Positions 1 through 11,602 of a DNA stretch of 64,000 nucleotides are shown here, one piece after another; position 1 is the first letter of the stretch; each line of letters opens with the position of its first letter. Origin of the DNA: Candidatus Udaeobacter sp. (GTDB taxonomy: Bacteria > Patescibacteriota > Patescibacteriia > Magasanikbacterales > GWA2-37-8); NCBI GenBank assembly GCA_035473115.1, contig DATION010000002.1, positions 105,368 to 169,367 on the forward strand, read 5' to 3'. Under the pieces are notes generated by a model. The model was not told the origin of the DNA. It made no database searches and saw only the letters and a program-made list of their open reading frames with translations. Both the position numbers and the translations under genes were made by a program.

Positions 1-2417
1 TGCTCGGCTAATCTGGCTTGAACTTGTTCCAGCTGCAATTCAACTATATTGGCGATGTTTTTTTCAGTTAAAGAATGGAAAATAATTACATCATCAATAC
101 GATTTAAAAATTCCGGTTTGAAATGTTCACGCAAACCTTCCATAATTTTTTCGCGCATATTTTTTTCGCCGTTTTTATTTTCCGAACCGGCAAAACCAAA
201 TTCGCTTTTTTTGTTCCAATCCAAAATTAAACTGCTGCCAATATTACTGGTCATAATCACGACTGTATTTTTAAAGTTCACAGTTCGGCCTTTGGCATCG
301 GTCACATGGCCGTCATCCAGAATTTGCAACAAAATATTAAAGACATCCGGATGAGCTTTTTCGATTTCATCAAACAGTATTACCGAATAAGGTTTGCGGC
401 GCACGATTTCTGTCAGTTGACCGCCTTCTTCGTAGCCAACATAACCGGGAGGGGAGCCGATAATTTTGGAAGTGGAATGTTTTTCCATATATTCACTCAT
501 GTCTACCCGCACCAAAGCATCTTGAGTATCAAACATAAATTCAGCTAGCGATTTGGCTAATTCGGTTTTGCCTACGCCAGTTGGCCCCAAAAATATAAAT
601 GAACCGATCGGACGGTTAGGCTCGGCAATACCGGCGCGAGAACGGCGGATAGCGTTGGCTACAGCTTTGACCGCTTCTTCTTGACCAACTACTCGTTTGG
701 CCAGTTCGCTTTCCATATTAACCAATTTGTCGGCTTCGCCAAGCAGCATTTTGTAAACCGGAATACCAGTCCAGCGCGAAACTACTCTGGCAATATCTTG
801 ATCTGTAACTTCTTCTTTCAGAATGCCGCTGCTTTTTTGCAGTTCAATTAATTTTTTCTCTTCCTGACGGATTTCCGCTTCTAAGTTTGGGATTTTTCCA
901 TATCTAATCTCGGCCACTTTTTGCAAGTCACCCTTTCTTTCTTCAATTTCCGCTTTTTGGCGGATTTCTTCAATTTCTTTTTTATGTTTATGAATGCCGG
1001 TAATTATTTCTTTTTCATTTCGCCAACGCGCTTCCAGTTCGGTGCTTTTATCTTTCAATTCGGCTAAATCTTTTTCTAATTTTACCAAGCGTTCCTTGGC
1101 TTCTTTGTCTTCTTCTTTTTTTAAAGCGCGTTTTTCAATTTCTAACTTGATCATCGCGCGTTTCATTTTATCCAGTTCATCTGGCATTGAATCTATCTGC
1201 ATGCGCAGAGCCGAAGTGGCTTCGTCGATTAAATCAATTGCTTTATCTGGTAGAAAACGATCGGAAATATAGCGGGTAGACAGATCAACCGCTGCCAAAA
1301 TAGCTGAGTCAGTAATGCGCACACCATGATGCACTTCATATTTTTCTTTAATACCGCGCAAAATTGCTACGGCGTCGTCGCGTGTTGGTTCACTAACCAT
1401 TACCGGTTGGAAACGACGTTCCAAAGCCGCATCTTTTTCAATATATTTTTGGTATTCTTTCAGAGTTGTAGCGCCAATAGCGTGGAGTGTGCCGCGAGCC
1501 AGCGCCGGTTTGAGCATATTAGAAGCATCCATTGAGCCTTCGGAAGATCCGGCGCCAACAATGATATGCAATTCATCAATAAATAAAATTATTTTGCCGG
1601 CTGATTCATCAATTTCTTTTAAAACAGCTTTTAAACGATCTTCAAATTCACCGCGGAATTTTGTGCCAGCCAGTAGGGAACCGATATCCAAAGAAATAAC
1701 CTGTTTATTTTTTAAAGATTCAGGCACATCGCCATTAACGATTCTTTGCGCCAAACCTTCGGCAATAGCTGTTTTGCCAGTGCCGGGTTCGCCGATAAGC
1801 ACCGGATTATTTTTGGTGCGGCGAGTCAAAATTTGCATCACGCGGCGAATTTCATCATCTCGGCCAATAACCGGATCAAGTTTTTCTTTAAATGCCAGGT
1901 CGGTTAAGTTTTTGCCGTATTTTTCTAAAACGTTATATTTGCTTTCTGGTTCTGGGCTGTCTACTTTTTGCGTACCGCGAATTCCAGCTAGGATTTTTAA
2001 AGTTTCGTCATAGTTTACATTGTTTAAAGCCAGAAGTTCGGCAATAGGATTATGTCCGGTAAAAAATGCTAAAAACAGATGTTCAACGCTAATATATTCA
2101 TCTCCCATTTTTTTAGCTTCGCCAACGGCAATTTGAAAAATATAGAGCATGCTTTGACTAAGCAAAATTTGGCCAATGCCGCCGGTTGGCACAGAATTTT
2201 TAGGAAGTTTGTCTATCAAAGACTGGGCGCCAGCTTTTAAGCCAATAATATTTACATTAAACTTGCGTAAAATAGAAACTACTACGCCTTCGGTGTCTTC
2301 AAGCAAAGCAAAAAACAGATGAGGCGGTTCTATCTGGCCATGGCCATTTTCATAGGCAATTTTGGCCGCATTTTGAATAATTTCTTGGGATTTGTTGGTA
2401 AAATTTTGGGGGATCAT
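1..2417 (-). CDS. clpB: ClpB chaperone (AAA+ disaggregase), 5' portion; the 3' end lies beyond the window start
   Basis: Minus-strand translation from the ATG at 2417 gives the Clp N-domain, a Walker A motif (GEPGTGKT), a long coiled-coil M-domain and a second AAA module (GPTGVGKTE). The listed + strand ORFs at 49-2013 are shadow ORFs of this gene. Confidence 0.9.
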   Translation of the reverse strand, partial: MIPQNFTNKSQEIIQNAAKIAYENGHGQIEPPHLFFALLEDTEGVVVSILRKFNVNIIGLKAGAQSLIDKLPKNSVPTGGIGQILLSQSMLYIFQIAVGEAKKMGDEYISVEHLFLAFFTGHNPIAELLALNNVNYDETLKILAGIRGTQKVDSPEPESKYNVLEKYGKNLTDLAFKEKLDPVIGRDDEIRRVMQILTRRTKNNPVLIGEPGTGKTAIAEGLAQRIVNGDVPESLKNKQVISLDIGSLLAGTKFRGEFEDRLKAVLKEIDESAGKIILFIDELHIIVGAGSSEGSMDASNMLKPALARGTLHAIGATTLKEYQKYIEKDAALERRFQPVMVSEPTRDDAVAILRGIKEKYEVHHGVRITDSAILAAVDLSTRYISDRFLPDKAIDLIDEATSALRMQIDSMPDELDKMKRAMIKLEIEKRALKKEEDKEAKERLVKLEKDLAELKDKSTELEARWRNEKEIITGIHKHKKEIEEIRQKAEIEERKGDLQKVAEIRYGKIPNLEAEIRQEEKKLIELQKSSGILKEEVTDQDIARVVSRWTGIPVYKMLLGEADKLVNMESELAKRVVGQEEAVKAVANAIRRSRAGIAEPNRPIGSFIFLGPTGVGKTELAKSLAEFMFDTQDALVRVDMSEYMEKHSTSKIIGSPPGYVGYEEGGQLTEIVRRKPYSVILFDEIEKAHPDVFNILLQILDDGHVTDAKGRTVNFKNTVVIMTSNIGSSLILDWNKKSEFGFAGSENKNGEKNMREKIMEGLREHFKPEFLNRIDDVIIFHSLTEKNIANIVELQLEQVQARLAE

Positions 2418-2439
2418 AATTTATTAATTAAGTATATTT

Positions 2440-2466
2440 TTATCACTCTACTATATTGAGTGATAA
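2440..2466. promoter_or_regulatory. CIRCE-like inverted repeat (TTATCACTC-N9-GAGTGATAA) just upstream of clpB
   Basis: Perfect 9-bp inverted repeat with a 9-nt spacer, differing from the HrcA operator consensus TTAGCACTC-N9-GAGTGCTAA by one symmetric substitution. It lies 23 nt upstream of the clpB ATG. Confidence 0.35.
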
Positions 2467-2558
2467 TACTATACCATCTTGTTAAACTATGTCAAGTTAG
2501 AAGCGGAGTTTTGCAATTACATCGGGCTTCAAAAGGGTAAAAAAGATTCTTTTCCTCT

Positions 2559-2588
2559 TTGACTTAGCCCTATTAATTATGGTACTAT
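2559..2588 (+). promoter_or_regulatory. Putative sigma70 promoter for uppS (TTGACT-N18-TACTAT)
   Basis: Sequence match only. It lies 15 nt upstream of the uppS ATG. Confidence 0.3.
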
Positions 2589-2602
2589 CTTAGCATAATT
2601 TT

Positions 2603-3304
2603 ATGTCAAATACTAACAAAAACGTCATTCCAGCACATGTGGCTATTATCTTGGACGGCAATCGGCGCTGGGCTAAGGCAAAGGGTTTGCCAGTTTTTTT
2701 TGGCCATAAAAAAGGCATGGAAAATGCCAAAAAAATTGTTTTATATGCCCAAAAAATAGGGGTAAAAATAATTACGATGTATGGATTTTCAACCGAAAAT
2801 TGGTCTCGTTCCGAAAAAGAGGTTGGTTATTTAATGAAATTATTTGAGAATTATATCGATAAATTTATTGATGAATATAAGAAAAAAGGCGTTCAGTTTA
2901 GACATGTTGGTTCAATGAAAGAATTGCCGATATCTTTGCAGAAAAAAATAACTAACGCGATTGAGTTAACAAAAAATAATCAAGGCATTATTGCAAATTT
3001 GGCTTTGAATTATGGCGGACGAGATGAAATTAAACGAACCGTGCAGAAATTGGTTGAAAAAAATGTAAAAGCCAGCAATATTACTTTGGATTTGATTAAT
3101 AAAAATTTAGACACAGCTGGTTTGCCTGATCCGGATCTGATTATTCGTACTTCCGGTGAACAGAGAACTTCTGGGTTTTTGCTTTGGCAGGGCGCATATA
3201 GTGAATTATATTTTCCAAAAGTTAATTGGCCGGATTTTGATGAAAAAGAATTGGATAAAGCTGTTGCAGAATTTAATAAACGGCAGAGAAGATTTGGGAA
3301 GTAA
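2603..3304 (+). CDS. uppS: Undecaprenyl-diphosphate synthase (cis-prenyltransferase)
   Basis: HVAIILDGNRRWAK and the C-terminal RTSGEQRTSGFLLWQ UppS family motifs. Confidence 0.9.
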   Translation: MSNTNKNVIPAHVAIILDGNRRWAKAKGLPVFFGHKKGMENAKKIVLYAQKIGVKIITMYGFSTENWSRSEKEVGYLMKLFENYIDKFIDEYKKKGVQFRHVGSMKELPISLQKKITNAIELTKNNQGIIANLALNYGGRDEIKRTVQKLVEKNVKASNITLDLINKNLDTAGLPDPDLIIRTSGEQRTSGFLLWQGAYSELYFPKVNWPDFDEKELDKAVAEFNKRQRRFGK

Positions 3305-3307
3305 ATT

Positions 3308-4027
3308 ATGGATTTTTTAAGTATAAAAATTGATGAAATTACTAAAGAACAGGCTTTACAAAAAGTGTCTGAATTTTTAAGTTCATCTAACCAGTATAAA
3401 ATTTTTACTCCCAACCCGGAATTTGTTGTCAAAGCGCAAAAAGATGAATATTTTAAAAAAGTTTTAAATTCCGGTGATTTGAATTTATGTGATGGAATGG
3501 GTTTGCGGATTTTTACCGGAATTAAAAGAATCCCCGGCGTGGATTTTATGCTTGAAGTTTGCAAACTGGCCGAAGAACAGGGGAAAGGTATTTATTTGTT
3601 AGGTTCTGGTAATGATGAAGTAGTAAGGCAAGCGTGCGAGCAATTGAACAAAAATTTTCCTAATTTAAAAATTTCTGGTTATAACAAGGGCCCGGAATTA
3701 GATGAAAATTCTGTTGGAAAGTTTGATAATTATATTTTTGAAGAAATTAACAAAACAGGCGCTGAAGTTTTATTTGTGGCGTTTGGCATGGGTAAGCAAG
3801 AAAAATGGATTTATGAAAATCTGAGCAAAATGCCAAGTGTAAAAATAGCCATGGGTGTGGGCGGGTCATTTGAATTTATCTCTGGAAAAATTAAGCGTGC
3901 CCCTTTATTTATGCGTCAGCTTGGATTAGAATGGGTGTATCGGTTAGCTCAACAACCACAACGAATTGGACGGATTTTTAATGCGACGATAAAATTTACT
4001 TGGTTAGCAATTTTTAAAAATATATGA
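3308..4027 (+). CDS. WecG/TagA/CpsF-family glycosyltransferase
   Basis: About 240 aa with a family-like LLGSG...ISGYNKGPEL core. Adjacent to uppS. Confidence 0.65.
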   Translation: MDFLSIKIDEITKEQALQKVSEFLSSSNQYKIFTPNPEFVVKAQKDEYFKKVLNSGDLNLCDGMGLRIFTGIKRIPGVDFMLEVCKLAEEQGKGIYLLGSGNDEVVRQACEQLNKNFPNLKISGYNKGPELDENSVGKFDNYIFEEINKTGAEVLFVAFGMGKQEKWIYENLSKMPSVKIAMGVGGSFEFISGKIKRAPLFMRQLGLEWVYRLAQQPQRIGRIFNATIKFTWLAIFKNI

Positions 4028-5493
4028 TCAAAACCCGTTTCGCTCCCAGCCCGACAGGCTATCTCCATGTTGGCGGACTGCGCACAGCTCTATATTCTTA
4101 TTTATTTGCCAAAAAGAATGATGGTAAATTTTTGCTGCGTATAGAAGACACTGATCGCGAACGATATGTGGCCGATGGCGTAAAAAATATTTTGGAATCT
4201 TTATTTTGGGCTGGTATTGTGCCTGACGAAGGTGTAATTCAGGAAGAAAGTGGAAAAATCGGCGAAGTTGGAAAAAATGGTCCATATACTCAATCTGAAC
4301 GCTTGCCTATTTATAAAAAATATTCCGAACAACTTTTGAGCGAAGGTCATGCTTATTATTGTTTTTGCACATCCGAAAGATTAACTCAGCTGCGTGAACA
4401 GCAAACTGCCAGAAAAATGCCCACTGGTTATGATGGGCTTTGTTTAAAAATTGATCCAACCGAAGCAAAAACCAGAGCCGAAGCCGGAGAAAAATGTGTT
4501 GTTCGTTTAAAAATGCCAAAAAGCGGTGAAACAGTTTTTACTGATATGATTCGCGGTGAAGTTCGGTTTAAAAATGAATTAGTTGATGATCAGGTATTAA
4601 TGAAATCCGATGGCTACCCAACTTATCATTTTGCGGTAGTGGTAGATGATCATTTAATGGAAATTACTCATATTATTCGCGGTGAAGAATGGATTAGCAG
4701 CGTGCCAAAACATTTACAGATTTATAAATATTTTAGTTGGGAAGTGCCGCAAATGGCGCATTTGCCTTTGTTGCTTAATCCGGATAAATCCAAACTCAGC
4801 AAACGTCAGGGAGACGTGGCCGTAGAAGATTATAGAAAAAAAGGCTATCTGCCAGAAGCTCTACTTAATTTTGTGGCTTTTTTGGGTTGGAATCCAGGTA
4901 CGGAAAAAGAAATTTATTCTTTGGAGGAATTAGTTCAGGATTTTGATTTTTCTAAAGTTGGAAAAACCGGAGCAGTATTTAATATAGAAAAACTGGATTG
5001 GTACAATAAACAATATATTAAAAATTTATCTAATAAAGAATTGGTAGAAAAAGCTAAGTCATGGCTGCAAGAAACGGGAATTGATGTAAAGTCTGAAATT
5101 ATTGAAAAAGCTGTCAGTTTGGAAAGAGAAAGAATTACAACCTTGTCAGAATTACCAGAAGCCATTAAATTTGTATTTGAATTGCCGAATTATCATTCTG
5201 ATTTATTGGTTTGGAAAAAGAGCGATATTGAAGAAGTAAAGAAAATTTTACCAATTTTTGTAGAATTTGTTGATACAATTGGTATTCAAGATTGGAATAA
5301 AGAAACCCTTAGCCAAAAGATAGGGGAATGGTCCGAACAAAATGGTTTTTCCAGAGGTTCAGTGCTTTGGCCGCTGCGTGTTGCTTTATCCGGTCAAGAA
5401 AATTCTCCAGGCCCATTTGAGATCGCGGAAGTTTTGGGAAAAGAAGAAACTTTAAACAGGCTTCAGTTGGCAGTTAAAAAATTAAGCATCTAG
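4024..5493 (+). CDS. gltX: Glutamyl-tRNA synthetase
   Basis: Class I HIGH region (RFAPSPTGYLHVGG) and KLSKR (KMSKS-like) motif. Length is typical. Confidence 0.9.
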   Translation: MIKTRFAPSPTGYLHVGGLRTALYSYLFAKKNDGKFLLRIEDTDRERYVADGVKNILESLFWAGIVPDEGVIQEESGKIGEVGKNGPYTQSERLPIYKKYSEQLLSEGHAYYCFCTSERLTQLREQQTARKMPTGYDGLCLKIDPTEAKTRAEAGEKCVVRLKMPKSGETVFTDMIRGEVRFKNELVDDQVLMKSDGYPTYHFAVVVDDHLMEITHIIRGEEWISSVPKHLQIYKYFSWEVPQMAHLPLLLNPDKSKLSKRQGDVAVEDYRKKGYLPEALLNFVAFLGWNPGTEKEIYSLEELVQDFDFSKVGKTGAVFNIEKLDWYNKQYIKNLSNKELVEKAKSWLQETGIDVKSEIIEKAVSLERERITTLSELPEAIKFVFELPNYHSDLLVWKKSDIEEVKKILPIFVEFVDTIGIQDWNKETLSQKIGEWSEQNGFSRGSVLWPLRVALSGQENSPGPFEIAEVLGKEETLNRLQLAVKKLSI

Positions 5494-5517
5494 CAAAAAA
5501 TGTGTTATAATATAGCC

Positions 5518-6729
5518 ATGAAAAAAATCATGGCTATATTTTTGGTTATTCTTGTTTTTGGCTTAACGGTCAATCCCATTTTTGCATTAGCGCAAACTCC
5601 TAATTCTGCCGAAATTGAAGAGCTAAATAAACAAATTGAAGCCAAAAAAGATAAAATAAAAGAACTGGAAGAAACCATCAATAAATACAATAAAAACATT
5701 GAGCAAAAACAGACTGAAGCGGTGTCGCTCAAAAACCAATTAAGTATTTTAGACAATCATCTTACCAAAGCCGAAGCGGATCTGGAATTAACTGAAGAAA
5801 AAATAAAACAGGCGCAGCTGCAGATAGATGCTTTGCAACTAAGTATTTCCGACAAAGAAGCGGTTTTGCAAAAACAAAAAGATATTATTATTAAAATAAT
5901 TCAGAACATTAATGCAGATAACCGAAAAAATTATTTGGAAGTGCTTCTTACCAACAACAGTTTTGCTCAATTCTATGACCAATTGCAGTATGCGATGAGC
6001 GTATTTAAAGATTTAGGACAGTCGCTAAAAGTGCTGCGTTTAATAAAAGAAGATCTGGAAGCCAAACAGAATCAAGTTATTAGCGTTAAAAAAACTTATG
6101 AAGATTTAAAAAATGAATTAGATGGCAAACGAGATAAGTTAAAACAGCAAACCAAAGCCAAAGAAATGTTGCTGGTGGAAACCAAATCTTCAGAATTACG
6201 TTACAAAACTTTGCTTTTCAGTTTAAAGCAGCAGTACCAGACAGTTATAAACGAACAGCGTGCCTACGAAGATCAAGTCAGGAAAAAATTAGCGCAGGAA
6301 GATAAATTAGAAACCAGCGTTGGCCAGCTGGCTTGGCCAGTGCCTAGCCGCACAATTAACGCGACTTTTCATGATCCGGATTATCCTTTCCAAAACGTTT
6401 TTCAGCATAGCGGTATAGATATTCGCGCTTCGCAAGGCACACCAGTGCGAGCCGCAGCTTCCGGTTATGTGGCCAGAGCCAAAATTTGCAGCACTGCCAG
6501 CTGTTACGCCTATGTTTTAATCGTTCATACCGGCAGTATTTCAACTTTGTATGGCCATCTTAGTCAGATTAACGTTCAAGGCGATCAGTTTGTAACCAAA
6601 GGCGATATTATCGGTTATTCCGGAGGCAGACCAGGCAGTGTGGGAGCTGGACCATTTGTAACTGGGCCGCATCTGCATTTTGAAGTTCGTTTAAATGGAA
6701 TTCCAGTAGACCCAATGGGTTATTTATAG
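5518..6729 (+). CDS. M23-family metallopeptidase with N-terminal coiled coil (EnvC-like)
   Basis: Signal peptide, then a long heptad-rich segment. C-terminal M23 motifs HSGIDI, GHLS and HLHFEV. The start was moved from 5500 to the ATG at 5518, which sits behind a TGnTATAAT-like box. Confidence 0.8.
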   Translation: MKKIMAIFLVILVFGLTVNPIFALAQTPNSAEIEELNKQIEAKKDKIKELEETINKYNKNIEQKQTEAVSLKNQLSILDNHLTKAEADLELTEEKIKQAQLQIDALQLSISDKEAVLQKQKDIIIKIIQNINADNRKNYLEVLLTNNSFAQFYDQLQYAMSVFKDLGQSLKVLRLIKEDLEAKQNQVISVKKTYEDLKNELDGKRDKLKQQTKAKEMLLVETKSSELRYKTLLFSLKQQYQTVINEQRAYEDQVRKKLAQEDKLETSVGQLAWPVPSRTINATFHDPDYPFQNVFQHSGIDIRASQGTPVRAAASGYVARAKICSTASCYAYVLIVHTGSISTLYGHLSQINVQGDQFVTKGDIIGYSGGRPGSVGAGPFVTGPHLHFEVRLNGIPVDPMGYL

Positions 6730-6758
6730 TAAAATAAGTTCAATCTATTATTAATATT

Positions 6759-7736
6759 ATGAAATTAAAAGTTGCAGTATTAATGGGTGGGCCATCTGCC
6801 GAAAGAGAAGTATCACTTGTTACCGGTAAAGCCATTTTTGATAATTTAAACAGGGAAAAATATTCGCCAACACTGGTGGAAATGAGCAAAGATAATAAAT
6901 TTTTTATTGTCCAAAAAAACAAGAAATCGAAATTTGATTTTTTAAAGTTAGCCAAAACTAAATTTAACATGGTTTTTATTGCTATGCACGGCACACCCGG
7001 TGAAGACGGACAGATCCAAGCTTTGCTGCAAACTTTAGGCATAAAATATACGGGTCCGGAAGTACTATCGAGCGCTCTGGCCATGAACAAAGTTTTTTCC
7101 GCTCAAATTTATGCAGCCAATGGCTTGCCTTATCCGGAATTTATTCATTTTAAGAAAGATGGTTGGAAAAGAAATTCGAATAAAATTATAAACGACATTG
7201 TTGCTAAATTAAGTTTTCCTTTAATAATAAAACCAGTTGACCAAGGTTCAGCTGTCGGTGTCAGCAAAATAAAATCTTCCGCTGAATTAAAAAAAGTAAT
7301 TGATAAAACCATAAAAAAATTCCCTTGGCTAATGGCACAGAAATTTATCAGCGGCCAAGAAGCCACCTGCGGAGTCTTAGAAAGAGACGGAGAGCTTATG
7401 GCTTTGCCGCCAACCCATATTTTGCCAAATTTTGACGAAATTTATGATTATAAATCTAAATATTCCAAAGGCGGTTCCACTCATATCTGTCCAGCAGATT
7501 TTGGAGACACTGTTAACCAACAAATAGAAAATCTAGCTATTGCAGCACATAGAGCGTTAAATTGCCGCGGAATGTCGCGCACAGATATTTTTGTCGGTGA
7601 TGATAAAAATTTATATATTTTAGAAACTAATACTATTCCCGGTATGACACCGACCAGTTTATTTCCAGAAGCCGCAGCCAAAGCGGGAATAAATTTTAGT
7701 AAAATGCTTGATTATGTTATTCAAGCCAGTCTTTAA
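6759..7736 (+). CDS. ddl: D-alanine--D-alanine ligase
   Basis: N-terminal KVAVLMGGPSAEREVSL and a C-terminal ATP-grasp domain. Confidence 0.9.
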   Translation: MKLKVAVLMGGPSAEREVSLVTGKAIFDNLNREKYSPTLVEMSKDNKFFIVQKNKKSKFDFLKLAKTKFNMVFIAMHGTPGEDGQIQALLQTLGIKYTGPEVLSSALAMNKVFSAQIYAANGLPYPEFIHFKKDGWKRNSNKIINDIVAKLSFPLIIKPVDQGSAVGVSKIKSSAELKKVIDKTIKKFPWLMAQKFISGQEATCGVLERDGELMALPPTHILPNFDEIYDYKSKYSKGGSTHICPADFGDTVNQQIENLAIAAHRALNCRGMSRTDIFVGDDKNLYILETNTIPGMTPTSLFPEAAAKAGINFSKMLDYVIQASL

Positions 7737-7745
7737 GATTTTTTC

Positions 7746-9888
7746 TATGAAAAAAACATCTGAAAGAAATTTAAACAAATTTTTTAACCCAAACTCAGTA
7801 GCAATTTTGGGAGCTTCTCGCGACGAAAAAAAACTTGGTCATATTGTTTTAAAAAATATTGTTAATTCCGGTTTTAGAGGAAAAATTTTTCCGGTTAATC
7901 CTAACTCAGAAAATATAATTGGCATTGATTGTTATAAAAATTATAAAGATCTACCAGAATCTCCGGATTTAGCAATCTTGGCTTTGCCGGCAGCTCTGGC
8001 CATTTCTTTGCTAGAAGATATTGCCAAAAAAAACACAAAAAATATTATAATTTTCAGCGCTGGTTTTAAAGAAGCTGGCCCGGAAGGAGAAAAAATGGAA
8101 AATGATCTGCGATTCTTGGCCGAAAAGCTTGGTTTAAATGTTCTTGGTCCAAATTGTTTGGGATTTGCCAGTACTTTAAGCTCTCTAAATGCTACCTTTA
8201 GCAAGGTTGGAGGTGAGAAAGGAAATTTGAGATTTATGTCTCAATCCGGAGCTCTGGCTTCGGCAATTTTTGATTGGGCGCAGGAAAATAATTTTGGATT
8301 TAGCGAATTTATTACTTTGGGCAACAAAGCAGTTTTAAATGAAAATGATATTTTAAAGTATTGGCTTAGCCAGCCAAAACCAAAATTAAACCAAACCGGT
8401 TTATCAAATTATCAGCCAATTGGTTTGTACTTAGAATCAATAAACGCTGGTCGAGAATTTTTAGAACTGGCCTCTAAAGCTTCTCTTAAAGATCCCATTT
8501 TTATTTTAAAGCCAGGCAAATCAAAACACGCTCAGCAAGCTATTCATTCTCATACTGGCTCGATGGCCGGAGACGATGCGGTACAAGATGCAGCCTTTGC
8601 TCAAGCGGGAATAATACGCTGTCAGGGGATAGAAGATATGTTTGATCTGGCCAAAGTTTTTTCTTGGGAAAATGCTCCGCGCGGACCAAAAGTGGCGATA
8701 ATTTCTAATGCCGGCGGACCTGCAGTAATTAGTACTGATGCTTTGGAAGTCGAAGGTTTAGAGTTGGCAGCTTTGAGCCAGAAAACTTTAACTAAATTAA
8801 AAAACAATTTACCAGCCGCTTCTAATATTTTTAATCCGGTTGATGTTTTGGGTGATGCTTTATCTGATCGTTATTATGAAGCTATAAATGATGTTTTGGC
8901 AGAAAAAAATGTTGACGCTTTAGTAGTTATTTTAACTCCGCAAGTAATGACGGAAGCTGAAGTTACTGCGGAGAAAATTGCCGCATTATCTGCCAAATAC
9001 GGCAAACCAGTGGTCTGTTCGTTTATGGGTGGAGAGATGATTGAAGATGGTGAAAAGATTTTGAATAAATACAAAATTCCATCTTTCCGTTTCCCGGAAC
9101 GAGCGGTCAAAGCATTAGCTAAAATGTGGCAATGGCAGAGTGGAATTAAAAAAAGAAGTTTAAAACTTAAAAATTTAAAACCGCTTGCAAAAAATATAAC
9201 TATCAAAATTGATAAATTAGTAAAATCTGCAGAGAAAAATAACAAAGTTTTACCGGCTGCTCAAGCTGATCAGATTTTAAGTTTATCTGGAATCAAAGTT
9301 CCACCAGCAACTAATATCAAAAATTTAATTGAAGCTCAGCAATTTTCTGAGAAAAATAATTGGCCAGTAGTTTTAAAAATTTCTTCTCCGGCTATGCTGC
9401 ATAAGACCGAAGCGGGTGGAGTAATAAAAAATATAAAGAGTAACGAAGATTTGGAAAAAGCTTGGAATAAAATCAGTTCTGTATTTAAAAAACTGCCAAA
9501 TAAAAAAGATTCATCTATTCAAATCCAAAAGCAGGTTGATTCGGGAGTGGAAGTAATAGTCGGCATAAAACATGATGCCAGCTTTGGCAATGTTTTAATG
9601 TTTGGAGCCGGAGGAATTTTGGCCGAGCTGGTATGGGATAGTAATTTAAAAATGTTGCCTGCTGATGAAAATGGAATTAGAGATTTAATATTTAAATCCA
9701 AAGTTTCCAAAGTGTTAAAAGGTTTTAGAAATCAAAAAGTGTACGCTGTAAATAAATTGGTAGATTTGATTGTTAAGTTAAGCAATTTAGCGCAGTCAGT
9801 TCCTTATTTTAGCGAAATCACAATTAACCCAATTATTGTTACCGAAAAAGATGCTTGGGCAGTAGATCCAAGAATTATTTTAAAATAG
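7746..9888 (+). CDS. Acetate--CoA ligase (ADP-forming), fused alpha/beta (CoA-binding, succinyl-CoA-synthetase-like flavodoxin and ATP-grasp domains)
   Basis: N-terminal SVAILGASRD CoA-binding motif, a His-loop-like HSHTGSMAG and a C-terminal ATP-grasp domain. The start was chosen at ATG 7746 rather than 7708 to avoid overlap with ddl. Confidence 0.75.
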
Positions 9889-9892
9889 AACT

Positions 9893-11596
9893 ATGAAACC
9901 ATTTACTTTTAAAATTGGCGGTGAAGCTGGTTATGGCATTATGTCTTCAGGTTTAACTTTTTCCAAAATAGCGGCTCGTTCCGGCTTTCATGTGTTTAAT
10001 TACGCCGAGTATCCATCTATTATTCGCGGCGGCCACAATGTAATGCAGATTACTATCGCCGATAAACCAGTAGCTGCGTCTTACCAAACAACTGACTTTT
10101 TAGTGGCTTTAAATCAAGAGACTATAGACTTGCACCTTAGCGAACTATCAGCCGGCTCAGGTTTATTTTATGATTCCGAAAGATGTGTTTTGCCAAAATT
10201 GCCGAAAGGAGTAAGCGCGTTCGGTTTACCCATTAAAAAAATACTAAAAGAGATAGCCGGTTCTTTGGTTTTTAGAGATACTTTGGCATTAGGGGCAGTT
10301 ATCACTCTTTTAGGCGGCGATATAAAAATTTTTAAAAATTTATTGACCGAAGAATTTGCCAAAAAACATCCGGAGTTGGTAGAAAAAAATCATCTGGTTG
10401 CTCAAGCCGGCTACGATTATATTTATGATAATTATTTTGATGAAATCAAAAATATTTTAGAACCAAAAAAGAAAATTGACAAACAAATAGTTATCACTGG
10501 CGACGAAGCTATCGCACTAGGAGCAATAGCCGGTGGCCTGCAATTTGCCGCTATTTATCCAATGACTCCGATCAGTAATATTTTGCATACCTTGGCACCA
10601 CTTCAGGAAAAATATAATTTTATTTATAAACAGCCGGAAGATGAAATCTCGGCCATCAATATGGCTATTGGCGCTTCCTTTGCCGGAGCGCGCGCTATGA
10701 CCGCTTCGGCTGGCGGCGGTTTTTGTTTGATGAGTGAAGGTTATGGTTTGGCAGCTATTACCGAAACTCCGCTGGTGATCATCGAAGGCATGCGCGGCGG
10801 CCCAGCCACAGGTTTGCCTACCTGGACCGAACAGGGCGATCTGCGTTTTGTGCTCAGCGCGCACCAAGGAGAATTCCCACGGATTGTTTTGGCTGCCGGT
10901 GATGCTAATGAAGCTTTTCATTTAACTATGGAAGCTTTTAATTTAGCCGACAAATTTCAAACACCGGTTATAATTGTGGTTGATAAACAGGTTTGTGAAA
11001 GTAGTTTTGGTGTAGCTCCGTTTGAGTATAATAAATATAAAGTAGATAGGGGAGAGTTTACCCTTAAAAAAATGGCAAATTACAAACGTTATGCTTTAAC
11101 TGGCGATGGTGTTTCCCTAAGGTCTGTGCCCGGATCAGGCAATCATATTGTAGCGAACTCAGATGAGCATAATGAACTTGGCTATTCCAGCGAAGGAGCC
11201 AAAAACAGAATAGATCAAATGAGTAAGCGCTTAAAAAAGTTAGAGATTTGCGCCAAAGAAGATATGCCTAAACCACAACTCTTTGGTCCAAAAAATGCTG
11301 ATCTGACCATTGTTTCTTGGGGAAGCAATAAAGGCGCAATCTTAGAAGCCATGAGTAATTTTAAAAATGTAAATTTCTTACATCTTACTTGGCTCAGTCC
11401 GTTTCCAACAGAAGCAGTTAAAAAAACTTTGAGCAAAGCTCGCCGTATTTTAAATATAGAATGTAATTCTACCGCGCAAATGGCTGGGCTGATTAAAGAA
11501 AAAACCGGTATTGAAATTAAGAATAATTTATTGAAGTTTGATGGCCGGCCATTTTTTACCGAAGAAATTATCGCTAAAATTAAAAAAACTTTATAA
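9893..11596 (+). CDS. 2-oxoacid:ferredoxin oxidoreductase, alpha (fused gamma-alpha) subunit
   Basis: POR/KOR-like N-terminal gamma domain and alpha domain. Directly upstream of the TPP-binding beta subunit. Confidence 0.8.
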   Translation: MKPFTFKIGGEAGYGIMSSGLTFSKIAARSGFHVFNYAEYPSIIRGGHNVMQITIADKPVAASYQTTDFLVALNQETIDLHLSELSAGSGLFYDSERCVLPKLPKGVSAFGLPIKKILKEIAGSLVFRDTLALGAVITLLGGDIKIFKNLLTEEFAKKHPELVEKNHLVAQAGYDYIYDNYFDEIKNILEPKKKIDKQIVITGDEAIALGAIAGGLQFAAIYPMTPISNILHTLAPLQEKYNFIYKQPEDEISAINMAIGASFAGARAMTASAGGGFCLMSEGYGLAAITETPLVIIEGMRGGPATGLPTWTEQGDLRFVLSAHQGEFPRIVLAAGDANEAFHLTMEAFNLADKFQTPVIIVVDKQVCESSFGVAPFEYNKYKVDRGEFTLKKMANYKRYALTGDGVSLRSVPGSGNHIVANSDEHNELGYSSEGAKNRIDQMSKRLKKLEICAKEDMPKPQLFGPKNADLTIVSWGSNKGAILEAMSNFKNVNFLHLTWLSPFPTEAVKKTLSKARRILNIECNSTAQMAGLIKEKTGIEIKNNLLKFDGRPFFTEEIIAKIKKTL

Positions 11597-11602
11597 GCCA
11601 TT

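Noticed and set aside
49-2013. Five + strand ORFs (101, 80, 92, 69 and 174 aa) in the first 2 kb
   Set aside because: They are shadow ORFs inside the minus-strand clpB gene. Their translations are low-complexity (S/F/I-rich) and lack motifs, while the opposite strand gives a textbook ClpB.
3010-3564. 184-aa minus-strand ORF overlapping uppS and the TagA-like gene
   Set aside because: It is antisense to two well-supported genes and has no motifs, so it is spurious.
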